From IMG/VR virus record IMGVR_UViG_3300035668_000001: a DNA stretch of 64,000 nucleotides. One strand, written 5' to 3'. Below the pieces are notes generated by a model, which saw only the letters and a program-made list of their open reading frames with translations, was not told where the DNA came from and searched no databases. Positions 19,223 through 29,330 of this stretch are shown one piece after another (the first letter of the stretch is position 1; every line of letters begins with the position of its first letter). The translations under genes were made by a program, and so were the position numbers. Source of the stretch: an uncultured virus (IMG/VR IMGVR_UViG_3300035668_000001). Taxonomy: Duplodnaviria > Heunggongvirae > Uroviricota > Caudoviricetes.

Positions 19223-19507
19223 GTGCGCATCTACACCGCAACCGAATGGGCCAGCTCCGTGTTGGCCGCACCCACTTCGCCTGGCTCAGGCCCCAGCTTC
19301 AACAAGGTCAACGACTGGCTCATCCACAACCCACTCATCACGGTCATGGTGGTCGTCGGCATCGCGATGGTGTGGAAGGCGCTCAGAGGGAAGATCGGCC
19401 AGGTATTGACCATCTTCTGCTGCGCCCTGATCGGGTTCACGTTCATCGGCGTCGGCTCCGGATGGATCGACATCACGCGGTCCTTCGCCGACCTGTTCCC
19501 GCGGTAG
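19223..19507 (+). CDS. Small 2-TM conjugation protein (pilin/VirB2/TcpD-like)
   Basis: GGAGG RBS; two TMs; first gene of the VirB4 operon. Confidence 0.5.
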   Translation: MRIYTATEWASSVLAAPTSPGSGPSFNKVNDWLIHNPLITVMVVVGIAMVWKALRGKIGQVLTIFCCALIGFTFIGVGSGWIDITRSFADLFPR

Positions 19508-19513
19508 TCCGCC

Positions 19514-19891
19514 GTGAGCCGCGTTCTCCGCTCGGATGACGGCATCTACCGGGCCGTGATGGAGTCCGTCTTCTTGGGCCCCGGCCGTCACGACTGGGCC
19601 CCAGTCCGTTACTCGACCGTCGGCGTCGGCATCGTGACGTACGCCTTGATCGTGCTCGCCGAGATCGCCCTGGCCGGCTTCCACTTCACCCACACCCCGT
19701 TTCCGGCAGAGGTCTTCGCGGCGGTCGTCGTCGCGAAGGCTTCCTCGAGGTACGTCGGTGTCGAGCGGATGCCCCACGTCGTGTTCGGTGACTTCATCTC
19801 CGAGCGTCGCCGCGGCGGCCGGCGGGCAGACCCCGCCTCCGAGGTCCACATCCGTGCCCGTATCCGCGTCCAGCCCCGGGAGCACCTGTGA
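19514..19891 (+). CDS. VirB3/TcpE-like membrane protein
   Basis: Two hydrophobic segments, coupled directly to VirB4 gene; positional inference. Confidence 0.5.
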   Translation: MSRVLRSDDGIYRAVMESVFLGPGRHDWAPVRYSTVGVGIVTYALIVLAEIALAGFHFTHTPFPAEVFAAVVVAKASSRYVGVERMPHVVFGDFISERRRGGRRADPASEVHIRARIRVQPREHL

Positions 19892-22608
19892 AGACTTCCA
19901 CCCGAACCAAGACCGACTCGCTCGCCCGGCGCCTCCCCGTCCTCGAGGCCGCAGTGAAGCCGGTGCCGGTGTGTGACCTGGCGCTGCGGGAGATCAGTGA
20001 CAACGTGGCGGTCACCAAGGACCGCGTAACGGCCTGGTTCACCCTGGCTGCGCAGCGGTGGGCGTGGCTGTCCGACGACACCCGGAAAGGTCTGCTGTCG
20101 GACACCGCATCGGCGTACGCCACCCTCGCCGGCCACTCGATCCACCTGCGGGTCACCGCGAAGCCGTACCCGGGGCGGGTGTGGGCGCAGCAGATCTTGG
20201 ACCGCACCCCGAACCCGCTGCCCAGTTTCGGTGACCGCGTCACGCGCACCCAGAACCTTCTCCTCGGCCAGTCGATGGCGGAGAAGGTCGTGTACTTGGG
20301 GATCGACATCGAACGCCGTGACTTCACGGGGAAGGCTGCCGCCGCGGTACGCGACTTGGCCAGTTCGCCCCGCGACTTCAAGGCGATCATCGCCTCGTAC
20401 GCGACGGGCGGGTCAGGCGACAGTGAGCTCCACCGCATCACCGTCGAGGCGCAGCGGATGGCCCGCAACCTCGCCTACCTGGGGGCGAAGGCGTGCACCC
20501 CGCAGGAAGTGGAGTGGCTGGTTCACCGGTCGGTCGGCCTCTCACTTCCCGCGCAACAGAACCCCTCCCCCACCCCGGGCGGGGCGCTGTCGGACATGGC
20601 CCAGTTCTCCGACGGGGTCGTGGCCGTCCGTGACCCGTTCGACGAGACGACGGAGCTGCGCCTCCGTAGCGCCCGCACCAAGGGCGGGAGGCCGGTGTCC
20701 AGGCACGTCGCCGTCCTCACTCTCGGGCCGAGCGACGCGGTCGACCCGCACAGCGGGCTCGAGCCGTGGATGGCGATCGCCGACCGGCTGCCGTTCACCG
20801 TCGAGTGGTACTCCCACCTCAACATCCTGTCGGGGCCGGTGGTGAAGAAGCGACTCGACCGTGTCCTCAGGTGGATCAATGGGCAGCGGGAACACTTCGC
20901 CGAGCACCCCAGCTACCACCCGCCGCGAAGCCTCCTCGACGCCGGCCAGCAGGCCCTCGACATCGAAGACGAGACGTACAAGAACGACCCCTCGATCGCG
21001 GCCCGCGGGTACGGCTGGCACTACCTGATGGTGTCGGGCAAGACCCGGGAGGAATGCCTGTCGAACGTCCAGGTCGCGCAGACGCTGTACATGAACGAGT
21101 TGAAGTGGACCCTCGTCCACCCGAAGAACCAGTACGCCCTGTATCGGTCCTTCATCCCGGGTGAACCCCTCGGGTCGAAGGCGCATCTGCGCCACTTCCC
21201 GCTCCGCATGGTCACCGCAGGTCTGCCGACGGTGACATCCGACATCGGGGACCGCCGTGGCGCCTACCTGGGAACGACTGCGGGGACCCGCCACGCGGTC
21301 CTCGTCGACCTCCTCAACGGCCCCGAGTACCTCGACGCGTCCGGGCTGTGGGCCTTCATCGGCGGGCTGGGTTCGGGCAAGAGCGGCCTGATCGGCAAGT
21401 TCGCGGCCTGGTACGTCGAGCGGCGGATCCCGGTCACGATCTTCGACCCCTCCGGGCCGCTGGCGAAACTGTGCGACCTGCCGTGGCTGCCCCCCGGCTC
21501 GGCGATGCACTTCGACCTGACGAAGGCCCCACCCGGCACCCTCAACCCCTACGGGGTCATCGCGGACCCGAGGAAGGAAAACTTCACCACGGACCCCGAC
21601 GTGTTGCGCGCCTGGGACAACGGGGAGCAGGCGAGGGCCCGGACGCTGGCGTTGCTGCGGCACGCGGAAGCCGTCGAGGAGACGGCCGCGGACCGGCGCC
21701 AACTGGTCCGGGACATCGTGTACATGCTGATCGACCCGGCGACGAAGAAGAACGAGTCCACGGCGGACGTCGTCGGTGACGCGATCGTCGCCGTCCCGGC
21801 CGTCAGCACCTCGACCCTGTGGGACCTCATCCGCGAGCTCGAGCGGCACGCGGACCCACACGGCCGGAAGATCGCGAACCAGCTCCGCGCCACGGCCGGG
21901 ATGCGCCTCACCCGCCTGTTCTTCCCACCCGAGCACGACGAGTTCGTGCAGGTTCCGATCGACGACCCGATCCTCCTCGTCATCACCATGCCCGGCCTGA
22001 CTCTGCCCCTCGAGGGCACGGACCCGGAACAGTGGACGGCGGAGGAGAGGGCGTCGGTGCCCGCCCTGCACCTCGCCGCGCACCTCGCGTCCCGCCGCGC
22101 CTACAACGAAAACCGGCTCAAGCCGAAGGTCGTCTTCTTCGACGAGGTTGGCCAGTTGGGTGAATGGGGGTCCGGCCGGGCGCTGTTCGTCCGCATGGGC
22201 CGCGACACCCGCAAGTGGACCCTCGCTGTGGGTGTCGCCGACCAGAACCCGGCGGGCATCATGCGCCTCGGGGACCAGGTCGGGAACCTCCTCGCCGGCG
22301 TGTTCGTGGGCCGCATCGGGGACGACGAGACGGCCTCGGCCGCCCTCAAGCTCCTCAACTCCCCCCGCGGCATCGGATACGAGCGGGTACTCCGCCGCCT
22401 GTCTCCGCCGTCCCCACCGGGATCGCGAGAGGACCGGCGCCGCAGCTACGTCCTTCGCATCGGGGAGAACGTGGAGAAGATCCACGTGACTTTCGACGTC
22501 GACCCCGACGTCCTCGCCGTCCTCCGGTCCGGCAAGGTCGGGTCCGAACCCGCCCCGGCCCCGGCCACGCCGGCGGAGACGAGCCTGTACGAGGAGGGCG
22601 TGGCGTGA
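19888..22608 (+). CDS. virB4: VirB4-like conjugative ATPase (TcpF/ConE type)
   Basis: 906 aa; Walker A GGLGSGKS, IFDPSG, Walker B VFFDEV, GRDTRKW...ADQNP. Confidence 0.85.
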   Translation: MKTSTRTKTDSLARRLPVLEAAVKPVPVCDLALREISDNVAVTKDRVTAWFTLAAQRWAWLSDDTRKGLLSDTASAYATLAGHSIHLRVTAKPYPGRVWAQQILDRTPNPLPSFGDRVTRTQNLLLGQSMAEKVVYLGIDIERRDFTGKAAAAVRDLASSPRDFKAIIASYATGGSGDSELHRITVEAQRMARNLAYLGAKACTPQEVEWLVHRSVGLSLPAQQNPSPTPGGALSDMAQFSDGVVAVRDPFDETTELRLRSARTKGGRPVSRHVAVLTLGPSDAVDPHSGLEPWMAIADRLPFTVEWYSHLNILSGPVVKKRLDRVLRWINGQREHFAEHPSYHPPRSLLDAGQQALDIEDETYKNDPSIAARGYGWHYLMVSGKTREECLSNVQVAQTLYMNELKWTLVHPKNQYALYRSFIPGEPLGSKAHLRHFPLRMVTAGLPTVTSDIGDRRGAYLGTTAGTRHAVLVDLLNGPEYLDASGLWAFIGGLGSGKSGLIGKFAAWYVERRIPVTIFDPSGPLAKLCDLPWLPPGSAMHFDLTKAPPGTLNPYGVIADPRKENFTTDPDVLRAWDNGEQARARTLALLRHAEAVEETAADRRQLVRDIVYMLIDPATKKNESTADVVGDAIVAVPAVSTSTLWDLIRELERHADPHGRKIANQLRATAGMRLTRLFFPPEHDEFVQVPIDDPILLVITMPGLTLPLEGTDPEQWTAEERASVPALHLAAHLASRRAYNENRLKPKVVFFDEVGQLGEWGSGRALFVRMGRDTRKWTLAVGVADQNPAGIMRLGDQVGNLLAGVFVGRIGDDETASAALKLLNSPRGIGYERVLRRLSPPSPPGSREDRRRSYVLRIGENVEKIHVTFDVDPDVLAVLRSGKVGSEPAPAPATPAETSLYEEGVA

Positions 22609-24935
22609 TCGCCCGGATCGCGTCGTACCTGCCGCGCCGTTTCAACGCCGACTGGCTGATCCGCACCCTCGTCCTGTCCGTCCTCGTCGGCGGCCTCCTC
22701 ACCCTCCCCGGCACCGTCGCGTACGCCTGGGACCTCAACCCTTGCGACCCGTCCGCGCCGGTCCCGTCGACCCCAGTCGACGCCCCGTTCGGGATGATCT
22801 TCCCCGTCCCGGACCACCCCCCGACCGGGGAGGCGTTCGGGGCGAACGCGACCACCACCCCGTTCGCGAAGTACGGGTGGGGCGGGTTGACGCTCGAAAC
22901 GTATGACCTCGGCTGCTCCGACCTGGGGGGGCGTGTCGGCGCGAACGCCGGAACTTACGAGGCCAACTTCCTCGGCTCCTTCGGCACCCTCGTCCTCGTC
23001 CTCACGACGGGGATGCTGATGCTGATCCTCGACCTCGCCACCTTCTGGCTGCACGCCTTCGACTCGGCTGTAGAGGGGGTGTTCGACGCCCTGTACCTGA
23101 GCCTGTTCCGGCCGTACGCCACGACCGCCATCATCCTCATCGGCGGCATCATCATCGCGCGGTCCATCTTCGGGTCGAACAAGACCCGGATGGACAAGGC
23201 GGTCACCACGTCCGGGTGGGCGCTGCTCGTCCTGACGGTCCTGGCGTTCCTGTCGGTCTTCCCCGTGGGGGCCGCGCAAGTCGCCGACAAAGTGGTGACG
23301 CAGGCGGTGACGTCGGGGTTCGTCGCGGTCAACGGGCAGCCCGAAACCGGCGGGACCATGACGGGGAAGGCCGCCGGCGCGATCCACTACTCGCTCGGCT
23401 ACCGGTACTGGATCGGTGCCGAGCTCGGCGACCCCAACTCGGCTGTCGCGAAGAAGTACGGCCCGGCCCTGTTCGACGCGCACACCTTGTCCTGGGACGA
23501 GTACAAGCGGTCTTCGGGGTTCAGTGACGGCGCTGAACGCCTGCGGATCATCAAAGCCAAGCAGAAGCAGTGGGACGACACCGCCGCGAAGATCAAGGCC
23601 GAGGACGAGATCGCGTACGGCGCCCTGACCGGCCGCAACGTCGACCAACGCCGATGGGGCGCGTTCGGCTACCTGTTGTCCAGCGTGGCCGTCGGCGCGT
23701 TCCTGTTCTTCGCCTGCTGCCTGATCGTGCTGTCGTACCTGCTGCGGCGCCTCGCCGTCATGCTGTCCCCCGGCATCGCCCTCGTCGGCATGTACTTCCC
23801 GAAGGTCGTGACGAAGGCCCTCGCCCTCTGCGCGGCCACGATCGTCAACACGATCGTGTTCGGGATGGCCGTCGCCGTGTACGTCCGCTGCGTCCCGACG
23901 ATCCTCGAGTCGATGCCGTACCCGCTGAGCATCATCCTGCTGGGTGCCTTCACCGTCGCTTTGTTCATGTTCCTGCGCCCGATCATGCACCTCCGAAACT
24001 TCGCCGGGCTCAAGAAGAGGCAGGACGTCATCGGGTCCGTCCTCGACGACATGAAGGATCTGTACGACAAGCTCAGGAACATGGCGTGGGAGGGCGCGAA
24101 GATCGCCGCGACCGCCGCCGCGACCGGCGGCGCGACCGCCACGGCGATGAGCTACGTCGAGAGCCAGAGGGTCCGGTACGAAGAAGGCACCGACACCGCC
24201 CTCCCACCCGGCGAAACCTTCCCCGTCCCGTACCCGGACCGTGACAACGATGAGCGCCCCAACCGGTACGTCCACAGCACGCGGGACGACGCCGGCCCGG
24301 CGATAGAGCCGGGTGTACCGGAGCGGACCCCCCGCCCACACCCGGGCAGGCACCCCGGCGGCGAGCTCCCGCCCGGTGCCGAAACCGAGCCTGCCGTCCA
24401 CCCGCCGCTCGCGTTGCCCGCCGGGTCGGAGCCGAGGCCAGGAGAAGCCGACGACCGGCACGGCCGCACGGACACGGCGACCCCGATCGTCGGGCAGGTC
24501 GTAGACGACGAGGTGCTGTACAAGCCGGGCGGGAACCCCGATCTGCGCCGCACCGACGACGACCCGGTGCCCCAAGTCATCGCGGAGCCGGAAGTCGACG
24601 ACGACGGCCGGGAGGTCTACGTGATCACCACGATGGACGGGGACGAGATCTACACGGTCCCCGACGGCGGCGATGACGACGAGTACGCGCTACCCGGCGC
24701 CGGGCTCACGTTCGCCCGGCAGGACGACGACGGCACCGTGTGGTCCGTCAGCCGCGGCGACGAACTACGCGGCACCGTCGAGCGGACCGACAAGGGCGGC
24801 TGGATCTCGAGGGACGTCCGCGGTATGCCCCGCGGCGTGGACATGTTCCGCGAGAACGCGGGCGGACGCCTCGACGCCGACGTCGACCGTGACCCGAACT
24901 TCCGGTTCACCGACTATCCCGAGGACTTGGCGTGA
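22605..24935 (+). CDS. VirB6/TcpH-like polytopic membrane protein with acidic Pro-rich tail
   Basis: Many TMs, YDLGC motif, follows VirB4 with GTGA overlap. Confidence 0.7.
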   Translation: MIARIASYLPRRFNADWLIRTLVLSVLVGGLLTLPGTVAYAWDLNPCDPSAPVPSTPVDAPFGMIFPVPDHPPTGEAFGANATTTPFAKYGWGGLTLETYDLGCSDLGGRVGANAGTYEANFLGSFGTLVLVLTTGMLMLILDLATFWLHAFDSAVEGVFDALYLSLFRPYATTAIILIGGIIIARSIFGSNKTRMDKAVTTSGWALLVLTVLAFLSVFPVGAAQVADKVVTQAVTSGFVAVNGQPETGGTMTGKAAGAIHYSLGYRYWIGAELGDPNSAVAKKYGPALFDAHTLSWDEYKRSSGFSDGAERLRIIKAKQKQWDDTAAKIKAEDEIAYGALTGRNVDQRRWGAFGYLLSSVAVGAFLFFACCLIVLSYLLRRLAVMLSPGIALVGMYFPKVVTKALALCAATIVNTIVFGMAVAVYVRCVPTILESMPYPLSIILLGAFTVALFMFLRPIMHLRNFAGLKKRQDVIGSVLDDMKDLYDKLRNMAWEGAKIAATAAATGGATATAMSYVESQRVRYEEGTDTALPPGETFPVPYPDRDNDERPNRYVHSTRDDAGPAIEPGVPERTPRPHPGRHPGGELPPGAETEPAVHPPLALPAGSEPRPGEADDRHGRTDTATPIVGQVVDDEVLYKPGGNPDLRRTDDDPVPQVIAEPEVDDDGREVYVITTMDGDEIYTVPDGGDDDEYALPGAGLTFARQDDDGTVWSVSRGDELRGTVERTDKGGWISRDVRGMPRGVDMFRENAGGRLDADVDRDPNFRFTDYPEDLA

Positions 24936-25495
24936 GGGCCTGGTGGCGGGCGGGCGCCAAGACCCGCTGGCGGGTCGCCGGGGCACTGTTCGTCTTGCTC
25001 GTCGCCGTCGCCGTGTTCTCCCGGCTCACCGGCGGACCCCCGCAGCCGGGCCGCGACCTGTCCCCCGCCGCCGCGCCGCCGGCGGCGCCTACGTCCGCCA
25101 CCGCGGCGCCGTCCCCGTCCCCGTCGGTACTCGAAAGGGACGTGCCGCCCGGGGCCACACCCGACCCGACTCTCGCCGAAGCCGCCGCCGCCGCCTTCAC
25201 CCGCGCCTGGGCCCGGCCGCCGGTCGGGGACGCGGCGTGGCTTCGGGGCATGACCCCGTACATGACCGCGCACCTCCGGGGCTTGTTCACCGGGGTCCGG
25301 CAGTCCGACATGCCGACGCGCAACTGCATCGGCGCTCCCCGCCCGGCGGGGGTGACCGGCGGTGCCGCGACGTTCCACTTCACCTGCCCCGGCGTCGGCG
25401 GTGAACCGGGACAGGCGACGGTGACGGTACTCGTCACCGCGACCGGGGGGTGGCGCGCCGACGAGGTCACGTGGGTGCCGGGCGGCATCAGGTGA
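24932..25495 (+). CDS. Bitopic conjugation protein (VirB8/TcpC-like)
   Basis: N-terminal TM, Pro linker, AAAFTRAW...GWRADEV domain; position in operon. Confidence 0.5.
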   Translation: MRAWWRAGAKTRWRVAGALFVLLVAVAVFSRLTGGPPQPGRDLSPAAAPPAAPTSATAAPSPSPSVLERDVPPGATPDPTLAEAAAAAFTRAWARPPVGDAAWLRGMTPYMTAHLRGLFTGVRQSDMPTRNCIGAPRPAGVTGGAATFHFTCPGVGGEPGQATVTVLVTATGGWRADEVTWVPGGIR

Positions 25496-26613
25496 AGCGG
25501 GGCCTCCTCGCCTCCGCGGTCGTCGCCGCGGCCGCGGTGGGCTTCTGCTTCTTGGGGCCGGTGGCGGCCGTGACGATGATGTTCAACGGCGGCATCGACC
25601 AGGCGGCGGCCGCCATAAGCTGCGGCGGCTCCACAAGCCCGGCCCCCGGCCGCATCCACGTCGGGAACCTCGACCAGGAGCAGATGGGGAACGCGACGAC
25701 GATCGTCCGGGTCGGCAAAAACTTCCCCGCCGGGGGCACCGTCGGCGGCCGGCCCGTGCCGCTGCCCGACCGGGCGTTTGTCGTCGCGATCGCCACCGCC
25801 ATGCAGGAATCGAAGATGCGGAACGTGGACTACGGCGACCGGGACTCCCTCGGCTTGTTCCAGCAGCGCCCCTCCCAAGGCTGGGGCACCCCGGCGCAAG
25901 TCCTGGACCCCGTCTACTCGTCCACCCAGTTCTACAAGCACCTCGTCAAAGTCCCCGGCTGGCAGCGGATGTCGATCAACGATGCGGCGCAGACGGTCCA
26001 ACGGTCCGCCACCCCGTCCGCGTACGCGGCGTGGGAGTCCTTGGCGTTCGCCGTCGTCGCGAAGCTCGCGGGCAGCAACGCCGCCGGGATCTCCCCCGCG
26101 TGTGCCCGGCCCGGCGCCGTGTCTTCCACCGGCTGGGTGTGGCCGGCGCGCGGCGGCATCGTGTCCGGCTTCCGGACCGCGGACCGTCCGGGCCACGACG
26201 GGACCGACATCGGAGCCCCGGCCGGGTCGGCGATCGTCGCCGCCGCCGCGGGCACCGTCACGGTCGTCGTCTGCAACGCCCACGGCGGTGGCGCCGCACA
26301 GAACGCGTGCGCCGCCCCCGGCGGCATGAGCGTGCAGGGATGCGGCTGGTACGTCGAAATCTCCCACGGCCTCGCCGACACGGCAGGCGGCCAGCGGAAC
26401 GCGGTCACCCGCTACTGCCACATGGTGACCCGGCCGGGCGTGGCCGTCGGGCAACGGGTCGCCGCCGGGGACCCGCTCGGGAATGTCGGGTCGACCGGCA
26501 ATTCGTCCGGGCCGCACCTCCATTTCGAGGTCCACCTCGGCGGGAACGATTCCGCGTCGGCCGTCGACCCTGCCGCGTGGATGCGCGAGCACGGCGTCAC
26601 CATCCCGACCTGA
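25492..26613 (+). CDS. Cell-wall hydrolase: lysozyme-like domain + M23 peptidase (VirB1/TcpG role)
   Basis: AIATAMQES...DSLGLFQQRPSQGWG; HDGTD, YCHM, GNSSGPHLHFEV. Confidence 0.85.
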   Translation: MKRGLLASAVVAAAAVGFCFLGPVAAVTMMFNGGIDQAAAAISCGGSTSPAPGRIHVGNLDQEQMGNATTIVRVGKNFPAGGTVGGRPVPLPDRAFVVAIATAMQESKMRNVDYGDRDSLGLFQQRPSQGWGTPAQVLDPVYSSTQFYKHLVKVPGWQRMSINDAAQTVQRSATPSAYAAWESLAFAVVAKLAGSNAAGISPACARPGAVSSTGWVWPARGGIVSGFRTADRPGHDGTDIGAPAGSAIVAAAAGTVTVVVCNAHGGGAAQNACAAPGGMSVQGCGWYVEISHGLADTAGGQRNAVTRYCHMVTRPGVAVGQRVAAGDPLGNVGSTGNSSGPHLHFEVHLGGNDSASAVDPAAWMREHGVTIPT

Positions 26614-26646
26614 CCTCGCGCCTACCGCCGAAGGAGGCACGACGAC

Positions 26647-27198
26647 GTGACGACTCCCTCCCCCGCGCGCGCCTCCACCACTGCGCACGTGATGCACAGA
26701 TACGGTGGCGCGGTGCCAAGCCTCTACGAAGCGGCGTGCGTTGCCGCGCAGCGCGTGACCGAACTCCGAAACGACCGCAAGGATGCGCTACGCGCGCGCG
26801 ACGACGTGATCCTCGCTCTGTATGAAGGGACGCGCGGACCCGAGCTCGACTGCCGCCCGCACGGCCGGACCCCCCTCTACATTGCGCGCGCGCTCGGAAT
26901 GGCCAAGTCCACGGTATGGCTGGCGATCCGAACGGCCGCCGATACGGACGCGCGCCCGTTCTCCGGTCGAGCACTGGACGAATTGGAAGACCTCGCGCGC
27001 GCGGCAACCAAGCGTCTCGAGCACGTGCGTGCGCGCGAGGCGGCCGCGTTGGTCGTGCGCGACGACGCGATCCTCGCCTTGTACGAGTCGGGAACGCGCC
27101 CACACGCGATCGCGCGTGACCTCGGGATGGGCAAGACGCCGGTGCGGCAAGCGATCCGCACGGCGGCCGCGCGCCGCGCCGCCGCCCCCCCCTCCTGA
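26647..27198 (+). CDS. Protein with two tandem HTH-like repeats
   Basis: AAGGAGG RBS; RDD(V/A)ILALYE...IAR(A/D)LGM.K..V..AIRTAA occurs twice. Confidence 0.65.
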   Translation: MTTPSPARASTTAHVMHRYGGAVPSLYEAACVAAQRVTELRNDRKDALRARDDVILALYEGTRGPELDCRPHGRTPLYIARALGMAKSTVWLAIRTAADTDARPFSGRALDELEDLARAATKRLEHVRAREAAALVVRDDAILALYESGTRPHAIARDLGMGKTPVRQAIRTAAARRAAAPPS

Positions 27199-27203
27199 TC
27201 CAC

Positions 27204-27220
27204 TAAACCTAGTGTATAGT
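27204..27220 (+). promoter_or_regulatory. Conserved promoter
   Basis: TAAACCTAGTG-TATAGT; hairpin 27230-27248 and AGCGAC at 27276 downstream. Confidence 0.65.
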
Positions 27221-27305
27221 TCGGGCGGGGTGGGCGATCTTCGCCCACTGCTACTGCCGCCCCCGACGCGTCAAGAGCGACCGCGACGAGAGAGGACAAA
27301 TCCCG

Positions 27306-28475
27306 ATGAGTCAGTTGACAGAGTCCATCCGGTGGCGGTTCGAGCGCCAGCCGACCGGCGGGCAGTCCGACGACGTCGAACTGCCCGGAAACTTCGGCGA
27401 GCCAACCGAAAGTGAAGCCCGCAACGACATGCCACTGGCGCCGACCCTGTTGGCCACGAAGCCAGTCCCCGTGCCGGCGGTGATCCGGCGCCCCCCGTCC
27501 CCGGCGAAAGTCACCGGCGAGCCCGAAACGCGCTGGGTGGACAAAGCACTCGACGCCGGATCCACACTCGGCATCACTGCGCTGATCGGCGTCGGATTCA
27601 CCGTCAGCTACAACACGCTGCGGAACGCCGCACTCGACGCCGGATTCTCGGAGTTCCTCGCCCCTGCCGTCCCACTGTCCTTCGACGTCGGGATCATCAC
27701 CCTGTCCCTCAAGGTTTACCGGCTGGCCCGGGAAGGCCGTACCGCTCCGATCCTCCGAGCGATCATCATCGCCCTGTCGATCGCGACCGTCGTCGCGAAT
27801 GCCGCCGCCGGCGACACCCTCGCTTCCCGGATCCTGCACGGTATCCCCTCGGCGATGTTCGTCATCTGTTTCGAGTCCATGATCGTGTCTGCGCGGCGGC
27901 ACGCGTTGCAGCGAATGGGCCTTGTCCCGCCCGCGCTGCCGCGCGTCCGACCGATCCGGTGGGTACTCGCCCCGAAGGCCACCGGTGGCGAGTGGAAGAG
28001 GATGGTCCTCGCGCAGAACGACGCGCACACCCGGCGCGTCGAAGACCTCGAGTACCTGCTCGCCGAGTACGAGGCGTACGAGACGCACGCGCGCCTCGAG
28101 GAGGCGCGCGCGGAAGCCGCGCGGGAAGCTGACCGGGAGCGGGCGCGGGCCGCGCGCGAGGCCGCGCGCGCGGCAAACCAGGGCACGCCCGCCGCGCATC
28201 CCGCGCACGACGCCGACCCGATGCGCGCGCCCGCCGTGCGCGCGGGCGCGGACGACGGGGTCGACCTGTCTCGGTGGACCGACCTGATGCGCGAGGCGTA
28301 CCCGACGTACGCGCGGCTGCGCGACGAGGGCCAGCGGTGCGCGGGCGTGGACGTCCACAGGGCGTCACAGACGACTGCGTCCGAGTCGCAGGTGCGTCGG
28401 TGGATGAACCCCTTCGCCGCCCGGTACGACACCGAAGCCCGGGAGAGGGACGCCGGGGAGCTGCGGGTCGTGTAG
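27306..28475 (+). CDS. DUF2637-family membrane protein (actinomycete mobile elements)
   Basis: GFTVSYNTLR...AVPLSFDVGII, four TMs, RWVLAP motif. Confidence 0.7.
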   Translation: MSQLTESIRWRFERQPTGGQSDDVELPGNFGEPTESEARNDMPLAPTLLATKPVPVPAVIRRPPSPAKVTGEPETRWVDKALDAGSTLGITALIGVGFTVSYNTLRNAALDAGFSEFLAPAVPLSFDVGIITLSLKVYRLAREGRTAPILRAIIIALSIATVVANAAAGDTLASRILHGIPSAMFVICFESMIVSARRHALQRMGLVPPALPRVRPIRWVLAPKATGGEWKRMVLAQNDAHTRRVEDLEYLLAEYEAYETHARLEEARAEAAREADRERARAAREAARAANQGTPAAHPAHDADPMRAPAVRAGADDGVDLSRWTDLMREAYPTYARLRDEGQRCAGVDVHRASQTTASESQVRRWMNPFAARYDTEARERDAGELRVV

Positions 28476-28496
28476 GGCGCCCCGCGGGCGCACAGA

Positions 28497-28533
28497 GAAG
28501 CGGGCCCCACCCGCGCCGGGTGGGGGCCGCTTC
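28497..28533. terminator. Hairpin terminator between convergent genes
   Basis: GAAGCGG.CCCCACCC / GGGTGGGG.CCGCTTC inverted repeat. Confidence 0.6.
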
Positions 28534-28623
28534 CGTGTGTGGGCTGGGTGCTCACCTCCTCTGGTTGTTCTGATGGGCGGGGGGCCACCTTCCCCTTGCG
28601 GCCCCCCGCCCCCCTTTCGGGTG

Positions 28624-28815
28624 TTACACCTTCGGAGGGACCGGGGCTGAGGTCCAGCCCTTCCCGATGGGGATGAGGTAGGCGACGGTTACGCCGTCCA
28701 CCTTCGCGACCATGATCCCCGTGTGGGGGAATCGACGGGCCGGTTCGATCATGTACTCGACGCCGTCGAGAACGACCGTCTTGTGCGCCTTGTGGGCCTG
28801 AGCCGTGGTCGCCAT
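28624..28815 (-). CDS. Hypothetical protein
   Basis: GGGAGG RBS and conserved promoter upstream. Confidence 0.65.
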   Translation of the reverse strand: MATTAQAHKAHKTVVLDGVEYMIEPARRFPHTGIMVAKVDGVTVAYLIPIGKGWTSAPVPPKV

Positions 28816-28837
28816 CGGTCTGCCCTCCCGGGGGGTG

Positions 28838-28895
28838 TTGTCGGTGTCGCTCCCGACAAACCCAAACTATACACGGGGTTTACCACACAGGTCAA
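28838..28895 (-). promoter_or_regulatory. Conserved promoter + AGCGAC hairpin (minus strand)
   Basis: TTGACC-N18-TATAGT with TAAACCCCGTG; TTGTCGG-gAGCGACa-CCGACAA. Confidence 0.8.
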
Positions 28896-28964
28896 CGGTA
28901 CCGCCGAAGAATCGCCGAAGCGTGCCAGTGGTCGGGCGTCGGATCCACGCGCTACCGTGGCCGC

Positions 28965-29270
28965 ATGTCCACCCCCCTCTTGCGCCCCCCGACCCGTGAG
29001 CCGCGCCCCGCGGCCGAGGTCGCCGTGGCCGGAGGGCGCCTCCTCGGCCGACGGTGCATCCTTCCCGGCGTCCCCGCCGGAAGCTGGCAATACGACCGCC
29101 GAATCTTCTCCGAGCCGTTCATCCCGGCAGGTCAGAGGGCGCGCTGGGTGCGGGTCGTCACCGAGGCCGCGTACCACGCCTACGCGAACCCGGTCCCGGG
29201 CGAGGAGCCGACCCCGCCGGCGGACCACCAGGTGACCGACTTCCCCCTGTCCCTCGTCTGGCTCGAGTAA
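28965..29270 (+). CDS. Hypothetical protein
   Basis: ORF followed by strong terminator. Confidence 0.55.
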   Translation: MSTPLLRPPTREPRPAAEVAVAGGRLLGRRCILPGVPAGSWQYDRRIFSEPFIPAGQRARWVRVVTEAAYHAYANPVPGEEPTPPADHQVTDFPLSLVWLE

Positions 29271-29288
29271 CCTCCCCGGCTCAACACG

Positions 29289-29330
29289 AAAGGCCCCCGG
29301 TCGGACAGTCGACCGGGGGCCTTTTCCTTT
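29289..29330 (+). terminator. Intrinsic terminator
   Basis: 15-bp perfect IR AAAGGCCCCCGGTCG/CGACCGGGGGCCTTT with T-rich tail. Confidence 0.85.

Noticed and set aside
11154..20737. AGCGAC hexamers inside coding regions (about 11155, 14606, 20731)
   Set aside because: No convincing flanking stem; treated as chance matches
25492..26613. M23 protein as the phage endolysin
   Set aside because: N-terminal membrane anchor and coupling to the VirB4 operon fit a conjugative wall hydrolase better
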